Origin: Planctomycetota bacterium
GTDB lineage: Bacteria; Planctomycetota; UBA1135; GCA-002686595
Assembly: GCA_041488095.1 (NCBI GenBank)
Contig: JBGPOP010000008.1
Location: 26,396-90,395 of the forward strand
DNA: 64,000 bases
Direction of reading: 5' to 3'
Program-made: the position numbers and the translations under genes
In this document: positions 17,727 to 31,192 of the stretch, in pieces
How positions within the stretch are numbered: the stretch's first letter is position 1
Layout of the letters: every line of letters begins with the position of its first letter
The notes under the pieces: generated by a model
The model's database searches: none
What the model was told of the DNA's origin: nothing
What the model saw: the letters and a program-made list of their open reading frames with translations, nothing else

Positions 17727-17745
17727 CCGTTCCGCCTGGTTGCAC

Positions 17746-18885
17746 CTACTTGAACGTGCTCCGGATCCTCTCGAAGAACGACTTGTTTCCCGGGCGCTGC
17801 TCCTCGATCCGGGCGAACTCCTCCAGGAGCTGCTTCTGCCGATCGGTGAGCGAGGCGGGCACCTCGATGAACACGCGGACGAGCAGGTCGCCCCGGCTGC
17901 GATCCGCGCGGCCTCCGCGAGCATCGAGCTGAGGCAGGCCCTGGCCCCTCAAACGGAAGAGCTTGCCGTTCTGTGTCCCGGAAGGGATGTCGAGAGCCGC
18001 CCGTCCGCGCAGCGTGGGGATCTCCACTCCCTTCTTGCCCATCGCAAGCTGCACGAAGGTGACGGGCACCTCGCACATCAAGTCGGCTCCGTTGCGCTTG
18101 AAGAACGGGTGCTCGACCTCGTGAACCATGCAGTACAGGTCGCCGCGCGGCGCAGCCGGATCGCCTGCATCGCCCTGTCCAGGGACGCGCAAACGCACGC
18201 CCTCCTCGATGCCGGGCGGGACGCTGATCTTGATCTCGCTCTTGCGGCTGGTCTTGCCCGCGCCGCGACAGACGCTGCAAGGTTGCTCGATCACCGTCCC
18301 CTGTCCACGGCAGTGCGGACAGGTCGTGGCCATGGTGAAGAAACCCTGATTGCGGTGGATCTGCCCGCGGCCTCCGCAGGTCGGGCAGGCGATCGCCGAA
18401 GTGCCGGGCTTCGCGCCGCTCCCCTGGCAGGAGACGCAGGGCTCCAGGCGCTTGAGCGACACCGTGCGATCGACCCCGTTGTCGATCTCCTCCAGCGAGA
18501 GCTCGATCGCGATCTTGAGGTCGCGCCCCCGGTGCGGACCGTTGCGTCCGGCACCTCCGAACGCGTCCCCGAAGACGCCACCGCCGAAGATGTCCCCGAA
18601 GTGCCGGAAGATATCCTCGACGTTGGTGAACGTCGGTCCGCTGTATTGCCCGCCCGGACCAAAGGCGCTGGGACCGAACTGATCGTACTGGGCGCGCTTG
18701 CCGGCGTCGGAGAGCACCTCGTAGGCCTCGGCCGCCTCCTTGAAGCGCAGCTCGGCTTGCCGATCGCCTGGATTGCGATCGGGATGGTGTTTCAGTGCGG
18801 CCTGGCGGAAGGCCTTCTTGATCTCCTCCTCGCTCGCCGTGCGCTCGACGCCGAGGATCTCGTAGTAGTCGCGCTTCACGCCCAT
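17746..18885 (-). CDS. dnaJ: Molecular chaperone DnaJ
   Basis: It begins [13 protein letters not shown] and continues with the J-domain (HPDRNPGD). A Gly/Phe-rich region follows. There are four CxxCxGxG zinc-finger repeats ([32 protein letters not shown]). Confidence 0.92.
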   Translation of the reverse strand: MGVKRDYYEILGVERTASEEEIKKAFRQAALKHHPDRNPGDRQAELRFKEAAEAYEVLSDAGKRAQYDQFGPSAFGPGGQYSGPTFTNVEDIFRHFGDIFGGGVFGDAFGGAGRNGPHRGRDLKIAIELSLEEIDNGVDRTVSLKRLEPCVSCQGSGAKPGTSAIACPTCGGRGQIHRNQGFFTMATTCPHCRGQGTVIEQPCSVCRGAGKTSRKSEIKISVPPGIEEGVRLRVPGQGDAGDPAAPRGDLYCMVHEVEHPFFKRNGADLMCEVPVTFVQLAMGKKGVEIPTLRGRAALDIPSGTQNGKLFRLRGQGLPQLDARGGRADRSRGDLLVRVFIEVPASLTDRQKQLLEEFARIEEQRPGNKSFFERIRSTFK

Positions 18886-19027
18886 CGCGGTTCCGCCGAT
18901 CGCCATCCCGAGGCCTCGGATCCACCGGCTCGGGCGCATCCCTCCAGGACGGCAGCCGAGCGGCGAGGCGGCGGGGTCTCGCCGCTGCGCCGCTCGCCGT
19001 TGGCGCTCGCTGCCGGAGGCGATCTTC

Positions 19028-22397
<3,370 letters not shown>

Positions 22398-22739
22398 GGA
22401 TCCTTCTTCTCTCGCTTCTCTGTCAGGGACTGCGTTGCCGGGGTGGGGACCGCCGCGAGCGGATGCGGAGCGGGCTCGTTCTTTCCCGGAGGTCGCTCAG
22501 GTGAGGACCGGGTGAGGCGCCCGCGTGAGCAAGAAAGGTGCCGCTCCGGAGGAGTCGCCCAAACCCTTTGGCTCCAGAGCATTCACGCGCCCTGACCCTC
22601 TCCGTGTCGCTGCCTCTTTGGCAGAACTCCTCCGAGCTTCGTAGCTCCTCTGCCAAGTTGACAGCGACGCCCCGGGCGAGATCCGGCCTTCGGCGACTTC
22701 GGCCTGTGTGATAGGTACTCGCTCATCCGCAAGACACCC

Positions 22740-23954
22740 ATGACCCTCTTCCAACTCCTCGCGCCGATCTCGCTCGCGTTTCACGTGATCGTCGGGATGC
22801 CACCGACGCGCTCCGGCGCGCACGTCCTGCTCGAGACCCAGGCGGGGGCGGTCGAGATCCGCGATCTGGCCGGCTTCGAATGTGCCGATCCGCGCCAGCT
22901 CGGAGCTTGGATCGTGCGCTTCGAAGGACTCACCTTCCCGCTCGGGCCTGCAGCCGACGAGGAGCGCGCGGAGGTCACGTTGCCCGGTGGAGACCGCCTG
23001 TTCGGCCGCCTGCACGGCGGGCGCGCGGAGCTGATCGACATCGAGATCGCGGGCGGCGTGCACCTGGGCCTCGCTCTCGACGAGATCGCGAGCTTGGTGT
23101 TCCCGGCGCGCGTGCCGGCCCTGGGCTCGGTCGCACTGGCGCCACCCGCGGAAGGCGACCGCCTCTACCGACGCGCGGGCGGAGGTCTCGACGCGATCGA
23201 CGGCGGCGTCGAGGAGTTCACGACCGACGGCGTGCGCATCCACGGCGAGAGCGTGGGCAGCAAGCTCGTGCCCTGGTCGGAGGTCGCAGCGCTGTTCGTC
23301 GAAGGCCCTGCTGGCGCGGGGACGGCGAAGCGCGCTGCGGGTCCGGGCGTCCCCATCACCGTCGACCTGGTCGACGGCAGCCGCCTGCGCGGCACGCTCG
23401 AGCGCCTTTCATCGGAGGGATGTCGCCTCACGACCCGGAACGGCGAGAGGGTCCTCATTCCGGCCGCGGCTCTCGCGCTCGCACTGGTCGACGACGGCGC
23501 GTTGGCGTTCCTATCCTCGATCCCGCCATCCGAGGCGCCGCCGAGCCTGCCCTTCGGCGACGACCTGGGCATGCGCTGGCCCCATCGCGTCGACCGTTCG
23601 GTGACCGGGGCGCAGCTCCGCGCCGGGGGGAGGGCGTTCGCACGCGGTCTCGGCGTTCACGCGCCGAGCCGGATGGTGTGGAAGCTCGAGGGCGGCTGGA
23701 AGCATCTGCGCGGCTCGGTCGCGGTCGACGACCAGGTCCTGCGCCTGCCCTCGCGAGGTTCGGTCGTCTTCCGCGTGCTCGTCGACGGCAAGCCGCGCTG
23801 GCAGAGCCGGGAGCTCCACGGCGGCGATCCGCCCACCGCGATCGGGTCGATCGACCTCGCGGGCGCAAAGGAGCTCGCGCTCGAGGTGGATCCGTCGGAC
23901 GGCTCGAGCATCGCGGACCGCGCCGACTGGCTGCAGATCGTCTTGTGGCTCTGA
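22740..23954 (+). CDS. Hypothetical protein with a C-terminal NPCBM-like (putative carbohydrate-binding) domain
   Basis: The C-terminal 150 aa read RGLGVHAPSRMVWKLEGGWKHLRGSVAVDDQ...GSVVFRVLVDGKPRWQSRELHGGDPPTAIGSIDLAGAKELALEVDPSDGSSIADRADWLQIVL. This matches the NPCBM/NEW2 pattern. Confidence 0.5.
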   Translation: MTLFQLLAPISLAFHVIVGMPPTRSGAHVLLETQAGAVEIRDLAGFECADPRQLGAWIVRFEGLTFPLGPAADEERAEVTLPGGDRLFGRLHGGRAELIDIEIAGGVHLGLALDEIASLVFPARVPALGSVALAPPAEGDRLYRRAGGGLDAIDGGVEEFTTDGVRIHGESVGSKLVPWSEVAALFVEGPAGAGTAKRAAGPGVPITVDLVDGSRLRGTLERLSSEGCRLTTRNGERVLIPAAALALALVDDGALAFLSSIPPSEAPPSLPFGDDLGMRWPHRVDRSVTGAQLRAGGRAFARGLGVHAPSRMVWKLEGGWKHLRGSVAVDDQVLRLPSRGSVVFRVLVDGKPRWQSRELHGGDPPTAIGSIDLAGAKELALEVDPSDGSSIADRADWLQIVLWL

Positions 23955-23961
23955 AGCGCTC

Positions 23962-25059
23962 CTAGTGCGATCGCGGAAGGCTGCGGTAGTACACGCCCCG
24001 ATCCCCGCCGCGGCTCTTGGCCTCGCGCAGGGCAGTCTCGGCGTGGGCGCGGAGCTCGGAGCACGCGGCGAGATCGCTTCCATCGAAGGTCTCGAAGCCC
24101 AGGCTGGCGCGGACCTCGATCCCGCCGGGCACGCCCTCGACCTGGCCGCTCTGGCCGTGGATCTCGTCCCTCAGTCGGCGCACGGCGTGCGCGGCGTCGA
24201 TCCGACCCGTGTAGGGGAGGAGCGCAGCGAACTCGTCGCCTCCAAGTCGCCCGGCCACGTCCTCGGCGCGAAGCGCGGCGCGGATTGCCGCGCCGACGCG
24301 CGCGATGACGCGGTCGCCGACCGTGTGGTCGTAGTCCTTGTTGACCCGGCCGAAGCCGTCGAGGTCGATCAGCACGAGCGCCATCGGCAGACGGTGGCGC
24401 TCGGCCGCGGAGAAGTGCTCGACCAGTCGTTGTTCGAAGGCTGCGGGCCGCAACAGATCGGTGCGGTCGTCGTGGAGCGCGCGGTGGCGTAGCTCGGCAA
24501 TCTCCCCCTGGGACCGAGCCAGGGAGAGCAGGCGCTCGATCCTCAACGCGAACTCCTCGGGGGGCGAGCCGCGGTGGACGAGGTCGAAGGACCCATGCGT
24601 GAAGGCGCTCGCCGCAAGCACCGCCCGGCGCGCGTCCCCGGCCTCGGCCACGAGCAACACCGGGACCGGGGTTCCCTCCCCACGCAGCCGTTCGATCTCC
24701 TCGAGCTCCGCGGACCCGCCCTCGGCCAGGGGGTCGAGAACGATCAGGTCCGGGCGCGAGCCAGCCAGGATTTCCCGGGTCGACCGCAGATCGGTGCTGT
24801 GCGCGACCTGCCAGTTCCGCGCGGTCGCTCCCCCGAGCGAGGTGGACAGGCCTTCGCCGCGGTGGTCGCAGCACAAGATGAGGGGCGTGGGGCTCACAGG
24901 GGGCGCCGCTCCCCGCTGCCAGGTGGGGCTCCAGGTGGGACCGGCCAGAAAGTATATCCCTGCGCGAGGGTCCTCCCTGGGTGCCCTCTGCCGCGGAGGA
25001 GGCGCGCCGGGTCCGGCCGTCCCCTTGTCGGAAGAGCGCCGCGCTGGAGTGGGAATCAT
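23962..25059 (-). CDS. Response regulator receiver fused to a GGDEF diguanylate cyclase domain
   Basis: The receiver-like N-terminus (LILCCDHRGEG...DLIVLD) is followed by RVNKDYDHTVGDRVIARV and RLGGDEFAALL (GGDEF motif). An alternative GTG start at 24897 (VSPTPLILCCD) is likely. Confidence 0.75.
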   Translation of the reverse strand: MIPTPARRSSDKGTAGPGAPPPRQRAPREDPRAGIYFLAGPTWSPTWQRGAAPPVSPTPLILCCDHRGEGLSTSLGGATARNWQVAHSTDLRSTREILAGSRPDLIVLDPLAEGGSAELEEIERLRGEGTPVPVLLVAEAGDARRAVLAASAFTHGSFDLVHRGSPPEEFALRIERLLSLARSQGEIAELRHRALHDDRTDLLRPAAFEQRLVEHFSAAERHRLPMALVLIDLDGFGRVNKDYDHTVGDRVIARVGAAIRAALRAEDVAGRLGGDEFAALLPYTGRIDAAHAVRRLRDEIHGQSGQVEGVPGGIEVRASLGFETFDGSDLAACSELRAHAETALREAKSRGGDRGVYYRSLPRSH

Positions 25060-25086
25060 TGACTGTCCCCCCCCTCCCGGTAGAAT
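25059..25086 (+). promoter_or_regulatory. Sigma-70-type promoter for the rpsB-tsf operon
   Basis: TTGACT (25059-25064), a 16-nt spacer, then TAGAAT (25081-25086). This places it about 195 nt upstream of the rpsB ATG. Confidence 0.5.
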
Positions 25087-25280
25087 CCCGGCCCGCCTTT
25101 GCCGGCCACGAGCCGTCCGGTTTTCCCCGGCCGGTCCGAATCCCGTCCCTTCCGGTCGGGCGCCGCAAGCGGCAGGACGCCCGCTCCGGAGGGCGCCACC
25201 TGCCCGGGGAGGCGACTCGCGCCCGGCGCGGATCGCCCCCTCGAAAGGGGGAAGGCACCGCCCGGAGCGAACCCGTTTCC

Positions 25281-26192
25281 ATGGACCAAGTCACCGTACA
25301 AGAGCTCATCGATGCAGGTGTGCACTTCGGATGCCGCGTGTCGCGGTGGAATCCGAAGATGGCGCCGTTCATCCACGGCCGCCGCAACCTCATCCACATC
25401 ATCGACCTGCGCGAGACGCTGAGAGGCGTTCTGCGTGCTCAGAACCTGCTCTACCACCTTGCTGCCGAGGGCTCGACCATCCTGTGGGTCGGCACGAAGC
25501 GCCAGGTCAAGGGCGTGATCCAGGAGGCCGGCCAGCGTACCGGCATGCCCGTCGTCACCGAGCGCTGGATCGGCGGTACGCTGACCAACTTCTCGGTCAT
25601 CCGCAGCCGGCTCAAGCGCCTCGAGGAGCTGGAGAAGATGGAGGACGACGGCAGCGTCAGCCAGCTCTCGAAGAAGATGCTGTCGAGCATGCGCCGCATG
25701 CGCCGCAAGATCACCCGCAACCTGGGCGGCATCCGCGAGATGACCGGCATGCCCGGAGCGATGGTCGTCGTCGATCCCGCGCGAGAGGCGAACGCGGTGC
25801 GCGAAGCGCGCCGGATGGGAGTCGCCCTGATCGGCGTCCTCGACACCGACTGCGATCCCGCCTCGGTCGACATCGTCATCCCGGGCAACGACGACGCGCT
25901 GAAAGCCGTGCGCCTGCTCATCGAGCAACTCGTCACCTCGGTCGAGGAAGGCTCCGCCAACCATCGCGAGAGCGTGGCCTCGATGGGATCCGCGGAGAAG
26001 CGCGACGAGGCGCTCCCCGCCGGCGACGAGCCGCGCCCGACGCGCGGCCAGCGTCTGCCCGAGGGAATGGCGGCGCGCCTGGTCGGCGGCGGCAAGACGG
26101 CCGCGCTCCTCGACGTCGAGGACGAAGAGGGGCCGGCCGTCGGGCTCGCCGATCCACGCGTGGCCAAGCTCACTGAGGAAGAGCCGGGCTAG
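25281..26192 (+). CDS. rpsB: 30S ribosomal protein S2, with an acidic C-terminal extension
   Basis: It begins MDQVTVQELIDAGVHFGCRVSRWNPKMAPFIHGRRNLIHIIDL and contains WVGTKRQ and VVVDP..EANAVREARRMGV..IGVLDTDCDP. Confidence 0.95.
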   Translation: MDQVTVQELIDAGVHFGCRVSRWNPKMAPFIHGRRNLIHIIDLRETLRGVLRAQNLLYHLAAEGSTILWVGTKRQVKGVIQEAGQRTGMPVVTERWIGGTLTNFSVIRSRLKRLEELEKMEDDGSVSQLSKKMLSSMRRMRRKITRNLGGIREMTGMPGAMVVVDPAREANAVREARRMGVALIGVLDTDCDPASVDIVIPGNDDALKAVRLLIEQLVTSVEEGSANHRESVASMGSAEKRDEALPAGDEPRPTRGQRLPEGMAARLVGGGKTAALLDVEDEEGPAVGLADPRVAKLTEEEPG

Positions 26193-26284
26193 CCGGCACC
26201 CGTCGCCGCGCGGACCCGATCGGCACAGCGCGCGTCCGTGCGGCACGACTCGGACCCCATCCCCACTCCGATCCCTGGACGAAC

Positions 26285-27127
26285 ATGGCCATCACATCCG
26301 AAATGGTGCGCGACCTGCGCGAGCGGACCGGCGCCGGCCTCATGGAGTGCAAGCGCGCGCTCGAGGCCGCCCAGGGCGACTTCGAGGGCGCCGTCGACCA
26401 CCTGCGCAAGCAGGGGCTCAAGACCGCCGACAAGAAAGCCGACCGCGAGACGGGCGAAGGACGGCTGTACGCCTGGGTCGGACCCAAGGCGCGCGTCGGC
26501 AGCCTCGTCGCGCTGACCTGCGAGACGGACTTCGTCGCGCGGACCTCCGACTTCGGGAAGCTCGTCTACGAGCTGGCCGAGATCGTGGCCGAGAAGAAAC
26601 CCTCGGATTCCGAGGCCTTGGCGAGCCTGGCAACGAAGGACGGCGCGACCGTCGGCGAGACCATCAAGCAGCTGGTGGGGAGGATCGGCGAGAACATCCG
26701 CATCGCCAGGATCGCCCGCCTCGAGAACATGAAGGGCCGGATCGGCGCCTACGTCCACCACGACGGCCGGAAGGGTGCACTCGTCTCGGTCACCACGGAG
26801 GCCGACGAGGACAAGGTGGGCGAGGCGCTGAAGGAGCTGTGTCAGCACATCGTGGTCTTCAACCCGAGCGCCACCCGGCGCGAGCAGGTTCCTCAGAGCT
26901 TGGTCGAGCGCGAGCGCGCGATCTACCTCGAGGAGGTCAAGTCGCGGCCGCCTGAGATGCAGGAGAAGATCGTCGCGGGCAAGCTCGAGAAGTTCTACGC
27001 CGACCACGCCCTGACCGAGCAGAAGTGGATGAAGGACGACTCCAAGACGGTGCAGACGATCGTCGAGGAGAAGCTCGGCAAGGGCTCGCGGATCGAGGCC
27101 TTCGCGCGCTGCCAGATCGGGAAGTAG
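26285..27127 (+). CDS. tsf: Elongation factor Ts
   Basis: It begins MAITSEMVRDLRERTGAGLMECKRALEAAQGDFEGAVDHLRKQGL. It immediately follows rpsB. Confidence 0.95.
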   Translation: MAITSEMVRDLRERTGAGLMECKRALEAAQGDFEGAVDHLRKQGLKTADKKADRETGEGRLYAWVGPKARVGSLVALTCETDFVARTSDFGKLVYELAEIVAEKKPSDSEALASLATKDGATVGETIKQLVGRIGENIRIARIARLENMKGRIGAYVHHDGRKGALVSVTTEADEDKVGEALKELCQHIVVFNPSATRREQVPQSLVERERAIYLEEVKSRPPEMQEKIVAGKLEKFYADHALTEQKWMKDDSKTVQTIVEEKLGKGSRIEAFARCQIGK

Positions 27128-27234
27128 GCGCGGGACTGCGGCCGGATCCGCGATGATTCCGGGGGGACCCGGCGCAGACGGGGAGCGGATGCTGACAAGC
27201 GGCCCGCCGCTCCCTAAGCTCTGCGCCGCTCCGC

Positions 27235-27957
27235 ATGCAGAAGCCCTACCAGCGCGTCCTCCTGAAGCTCTCGGGTGAGGCCCTGGGCGGCCCCGGCGGC
27301 GGACAGGGGATCGATCCCGATTCCGTCCAGAACGTCGCGCGCCAGATCGTGCACGTCGCGCACTCGGGAGTTCAGATCGCGATCGTCGTCGGCGGCGGGA
27401 ACATCCTGCGAGGCGGGCAGTTCAGCAAGCTCGTGGGCCAGCGGGCGAGCGCGGACTACATGGGGATGCTCGCCACGGTGATCAACGCCCTGGCGCTGTG
27501 CGACGCGCTCGAGGGCCAGGGGCTTCCGACGCGCGTGATGACGGCGATCGAGATCCGACAGGTGGCCGAGCCTTTCCTGCGCCGCGTGGCCCTGGCTCAC
27601 CTCGAGAAGGGGCGCGCCGTGATCCTCGCCGCCGGCACGGGCAACCCGTTCTTCACGACCGACACGGCCGCGGCGCTGCGCGCCGCCGAACTCGCCTGCG
27701 AGGTGCTGCTCAAGGCGACCAAGGTCGACGGGGTCTACACGGCCGACCCCAAGAGCGATGCGTCGGCGCGCCGCTACGAGGAGCTCTCCTACATGGACGT
27801 GCTCAAGGACGGATTGCGGATCATGGACGGCACGGCGATCACGCTGTGCATGGAGAACCGACTCCCGGTGGTGGTGTTCAACCTATTCGAAGAGGGCAAC
27901 CTCGAGCGCGTGGTGCGCGGGGAGAACCTGGGCACGCGCATCCGGAGCGGACCATGA
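27235..27957 (+). CDS. pyrH: UMP kinase
   Basis: It begins [19 protein letters not shown] and contains [13 protein letters not shown] and [23 protein letters not shown]. Confidence 0.95.
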   Translation: MQKPYQRVLLKLSGEALGGPGGGQGIDPDSVQNVARQIVHVAHSGVQIAIVVGGGNILRGGQFSKLVGQRASADYMGMLATVINALALCDALEGQGLPTRVMTAIEIRQVAEPFLRRVALAHLEKGRAVILAAGTGNPFFTTDTAAALRAAELACEVLLKATKVDGVYTADPKSDASARRYEELSYMDVLKDGLRIMDGTAITLCMENRLPVVVFNLFEEGNLERVVRGENLGTRIRSGP

Positions 27958-28514
27958 CCTATCAGGAGACGATCAAGGACTCGCGGGACCGTTTCGACAA
28001 GGCGCTCCACCACCTCCAGGATCTCCTGCGCACGATCCGCACCTCGCGCGCCTCGCCGGCGCTGGTCGAGGGCATCCGCGTGGAGTACTACGGGGTGCCG
28101 ACGCCCCTCTCGCAGATGGCCTCGATCTCGATCCCCGAGCCGCGCCAGATCCTGATCAAGCCCTTCGATCCCTCGGTGCTCGGCGACGTCGGCAAGGCCA
28201 TCCTCAGGTCGGACCTGGGCGTGACGCCGCAAAACGATGGGAAGGTGCTCCGGTTGACGATGCCGCCGCTCTCGGGCGAGCAGCGCAAGAAGTACGCAGC
28301 CAAGGTCAAGGAGCTGTGCGAGGAGACCCGCATATCGATGCGCAACGTGCGGCGCGACATGAACAAGCACGCCGACGGGCTGCTCAAGGAAAGCCGCCTG
28401 ACCGAGGACGAGAGCCGCCGGCTGCACGACGAGATCCAGAAGCTGCTCAAGGAGTACGAGGAGAAGGTCACGCAGGTCCACGACAAGAAGACCGCGGAGA
28501 TCATGGAGGTGTGA
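27954..28514 (+). CDS. frr: Ribosome recycling factor
   Basis: It begins [72 protein letters not shown]. Its ATG overlaps the pyrH stop as ATGA. Confidence 0.93.
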   Translation: MTYQETIKDSRDRFDKALHHLQDLLRTIRTSRASPALVEGIRVEYYGVPTPLSQMASISIPEPRQILIKPFDPSVLGDVGKAILRSDLGVTPQNDGKVLRLTMPPLSGEQRKKYAAKVKELCEETRISMRNVRRDMNKHADGLLKESRLTEDESRRLHDEIQKLLKEYEEKVTQVHDKKTAEIMEV

Positions 28515-28600
28515 GGCACCCGGCGCGGGGGCGCCCTTCTGCCTTCCGGAGCCTTCTCGGGTATCCTCTCCGCCCCGCGAGCGGATCCTGATGCAGTCGT

Positions 28601-28676
28601 GGGCGCGTAGCTCAGTCGGCAGAGCAACTGGCTTTTAACCAGTAGGTCGAAGGTTCGATTCCTTCCGCGCTCACCA
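28601..28676 (+). tRNA. tRNA-Lys (anticodon TTT)
   Basis: The sequence is GGGCGCGTAGCTCAGTCGGCAGAGCAACTGGCTTTTAACCAGTAGGTCGAAGGTTCGATTCCTTCCGCGCTCACCA. It folds as a cloverleaf with a 7-bp acceptor stem (one GU pair). The anticodon loop is CTTTTAA. CCA is encoded. Confidence 0.85.
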
Positions 28677-28730
28677 GTCCCGGGTCTTCACAGCTCTCGG
28701 ATCGCCTGCCATAATCCCGGCCCCCGGGTG

Positions 28731-28805
28731 GCCGCGTAGCTCAGTTGGTAGAGCAGGTGACTCTTAATCATCAGGTCGAAGGTTCGAGCCCTTCCGCGGT
28801 CACCA
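28731..28805 (+). tRNA. tRNA-Lys (anticodon CTT)
   Basis: The sequence is GGCCGCGTAGCTCAGTTGGTAGAGCAGGTGACTCTTAATCATCAGGTCGAAGGTTCGAGCCCTTCCGCGGTCACCA. The anticodon loop is CTCTTAA. CCA is encoded. Confidence 0.85.
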
Positions 28806-28827
28806 ACCCCCCGGGTGGAGCGCGGGA

Positions 28828-29790
28828 TCAGAGCCCGGGCACGCCGTCGTCCGGCGAGAGCCCGCCCAGCGCCCGATACGCGCGCGCCCAGTAGCCCGCG
28901 CGCACGACGCCGGCGAAGCCCGTCAGCAGGACCTTGGCTGTCACGCTCAGCACGTTGCCTGTCTTGCCGAGCACATCCGCGAAGCCGGTGAACATCCTCC
29001 ACCCCAGGACGATCGTCAGGAACAGGATCAGATCGACCAGCACCGCGCGCGCCGTCGCCCAGCCGTCGTTGCGCATGATCCGCCAGCCGTGCAGGAGCGC
29101 CGAGTACACGCCGCGGCGGTTCTGCGCGAGGCTGTGCAGGGCGAGCTGGTTCAGCACCGAGAGCGCCATCGCATAGCTCATCAGCACGAGCACGATCGGG
29201 ACGAGCAAGGCGCCCATCAACGCCGCGCTCGCGAGATCGTCGGCGGGGCTCCCGATCACGCTGGCCAGGGCCGACACGGGGAGCGCGCAGAGCAGGAACG
29301 CGCCGCCGATCATCAGCGCGAGCTGGATCCACAGCCCGAACGTCGGCAGCATCAGTCCCTTGCCGGCGCGCCACACGGTCCTCAACCTGGGCGCGCGGCG
29401 ATGGTCGCAGGCCGCTTGCCATGCGCGCGCGGGCCCGATCCGAGCCAGCCCGGCGGTCAGGCGGAAGAACGGCAGCAGGCCCACGCCCACGCAGGGCAGG
29501 AAGGCGAACAGGACCAGCACGAACTGCGGCAGACTCCGGAGCAGGTGGAGGATCTCTCCCGCTCCGCCTGGGTTCGGACCCGGGACGCCGAGGTCGAGCC
29601 TGATCGAGTTGATCGAGTGCGTCAAGGGACCGTCCCAGCCGAGATCGAGGCCCAGCGTCAGCGTCGGATAGACGAAGCCCGCGATCCAGACCAGTCCCGG
29701 GTGCCCGGCCTGGCGCGCGGACTCGGACAGCGCGTCGATCGCACGGGCCAGCGACCAGCGCTCGCTCTCGGTCCCGATCAGCGACGACAT
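28828..29790 (-). CDS. Polytopic membrane protein, hypothetical
   Basis: A 320-aa protein with multiple hydrophobic helices (LVLFAFLPCVGVGLLPFF, LALMIGGAFLLCALPVSALASVIG, LLVPIVLVLMSYAMALSVL, LVDLILFLTIVLGW). No family was recognised. Confidence 0.45.
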   Translation of the reverse strand: MSSLIGTESERWSLARAIDALSESARQAGHPGLVWIAGFVYPTLTLGLDLGWDGPLTHSINSIRLDLGVPGPNPGGAGEILHLLRSLPQFVLVLFAFLPCVGVGLLPFFRLTAGLARIGPARAWQAACDHRRAPRLRTVWRAGKGLMLPTFGLWIQLALMIGGAFLLCALPVSALASVIGSPADDLASAALMGALLVPIVLVLMSYAMALSVLNQLALHSLAQNRRGVYSALLHGWRIMRNDGWATARAVLVDLILFLTIVLGWRMFTGFADVLGKTGNVLSVTAKVLLTGFAGVVRAGYWARAYRALGGLSPDDGVPGL

Positions 29791-29854
29791 GGCGATCGAG
29801 TGCGCCGCCGCCGGCGGGTCATTTCTTCCGTCGGAGCCACGTGGAGAGGAGAGC

Positions 29855-31189
29855 CTAACCGACGGGCTCGAGCGCGCGGCGCCCGCGGACGGCCTCGATC
29901 TCCTCCACGGTCTTCGGGATCCCCTGGGTCAGGACCTCCCGGCCCGCGGCCGTGACGAGCACGTCGTCCTCGATCCGGATCCCGATCCCGCGCCAGCGCG
30001 CGTCGACGGTCTCGTCGTCGGGCGCGACGTAGATTCCCGGCTCGACCGTCAGGACCATGCCCGGCTCCAGAACGCGCGGGGCGCCGTCCCGTACGTATGC
30101 GCCGCAATCGTGGACGTCGAGGCCGAGCCAGTGGCTCGTGCGGTGCATGTAGAAGCGCTTGTAGGACCCGGCCTCGACCGCCTTCTCGACCGGGCCCTCG
30201 ATCAGGCCGAGGCGCACGAGGCCTTCGCACAAACTGCGCACGGCCCGTTCGTGCGGCGCGGCGAAGCCCGCGCCGGCACGGACCTCCTCGATGGCGGCGA
30301 GCTGCGCCCCGAGGACAACCTCGTACAGCGCGCGCTGATCGGGCGAGAAGCGGCTGCCGACCGGGAAGGTGCGCGTGACATCGCTCGCGTAGTACTCCCA
30401 CTCCGCGCCCGCGTCGACGAGGAGCAGGTCGCCCTCGCGCAGCGGATCGTCGTTTTCGACGTAGTGCAGGATGGTGGCGTTGGCGCCCCCGGCGACGATC
30501 GGCGTGTAGGCCGGCCCCGTGCTCCCGAGCCTCCGGAAGGTGTTCTCGATCGCCGCGTCGACCTCGTACTCGCGCACCCCCGGCCGCGCCCGCTGCATGG
30601 CCGCCAGGTGCGCCTCGCGGGCGACCGCCGCGGCGCGCCGCATGAGCTCGATCTCCCGCGCGCTCTTCCGGAGGCGCAGCTCGTGCACGAAGGGCGCGGT
30701 GTCGAGCAGCTCGACCGGGGGCGGGACCAGGCCCTTCGCCCGCGCGCGCAGGCGCGAGACCGCCTCGAGGAACGTGCGGTCGCGCGCCTCGTCGATACCG
30801 GTGCGGTAGACGATGCGCTCGCAGCCCTCGAGCAGGAGGGGCAGGTCCTGGGGGAGCCGTTCGATCGGCCGCGCCTCGTCGATACCGAGCGCCGCGGGAG
30901 CGGCCGATACCCCCAGGCGACGGCCGTTCCAGATCTCCTGCTCGCGGTCCTTGTCGCGCAGGAACAGCACGCTCTCGGGCCCCGATCTCCCCGAGCCCTC
31001 GACCCTCGGCCGCAGCACGAGGACCGCCTCGGGCTCGGCGAAGCCGGTCAGGTACCAGAAGTCGCTCTCGGGACGGAAGCGGTAGTGGCAGTCGTGGTTC
31101 CTGATCTTGTGCGCCGCTGTCGGGATCACCGCTGCCGCCCCTTCGGCGCGCAGAACCTCCAGCAGGCGTGAGCGGTGCCCGGCGAACAT
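29855..31189 (-). CDS. pepP: Xaa-Pro aminopeptidase (M24B family)
   Basis: It contains DFWYLTGFAEPEAVLVL (creatinase N-domain). The motifs DVTRTFPV and HRTSHWLGLDVHD mark the M24 metal-ligand regions. Confidence 0.75.
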   Translation of the reverse strand: MFAGHRSRLLEVLRAEGAAAVIPTAAHKIRNHDCHYRFRPESDFWYLTGFAEPEAVLVLRPRVEGSGRSGPESVLFLRDKDREQEIWNGRRLGVSAAPAALGIDEARPIERLPQDLPLLLEGCERIVYRTGIDEARDRTFLEAVSRLRARAKGLVPPPVELLDTAPFVHELRLRKSAREIELMRRAAAVAREAHLAAMQRARPGVREYEVDAAIENTFRRLGSTGPAYTPIVAGGANATILHYVENDDPLREGDLLLVDAGAEWEYYASDVTRTFPVGSRFSPDQRALYEVVLGAQLAAIEEVRAGAGFAAPHERAVRSLCEGLVRLGLIEGPVEKAVEAGSYKRFYMHRTSHWLGLDVHDCGAYVRDGAPRVLEPGMVLTVEPGIYVAPDDETVDARWRGIGIRIEDDVLVTAAGREVLTQGIPKTVEEIEAVRGRRALEPVG

Positions 31190-31192
31190 GGC

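Noticed and set aside
22398-22739. A search for groES and a CIRCE (HrcA) operator upstream of the first groEL
   Set aside because: No GroES-like ORF was found. No TTAGCACTC/GAGTGCTAA inverted repeat was found. Absence is reported as a finding, not a feature.
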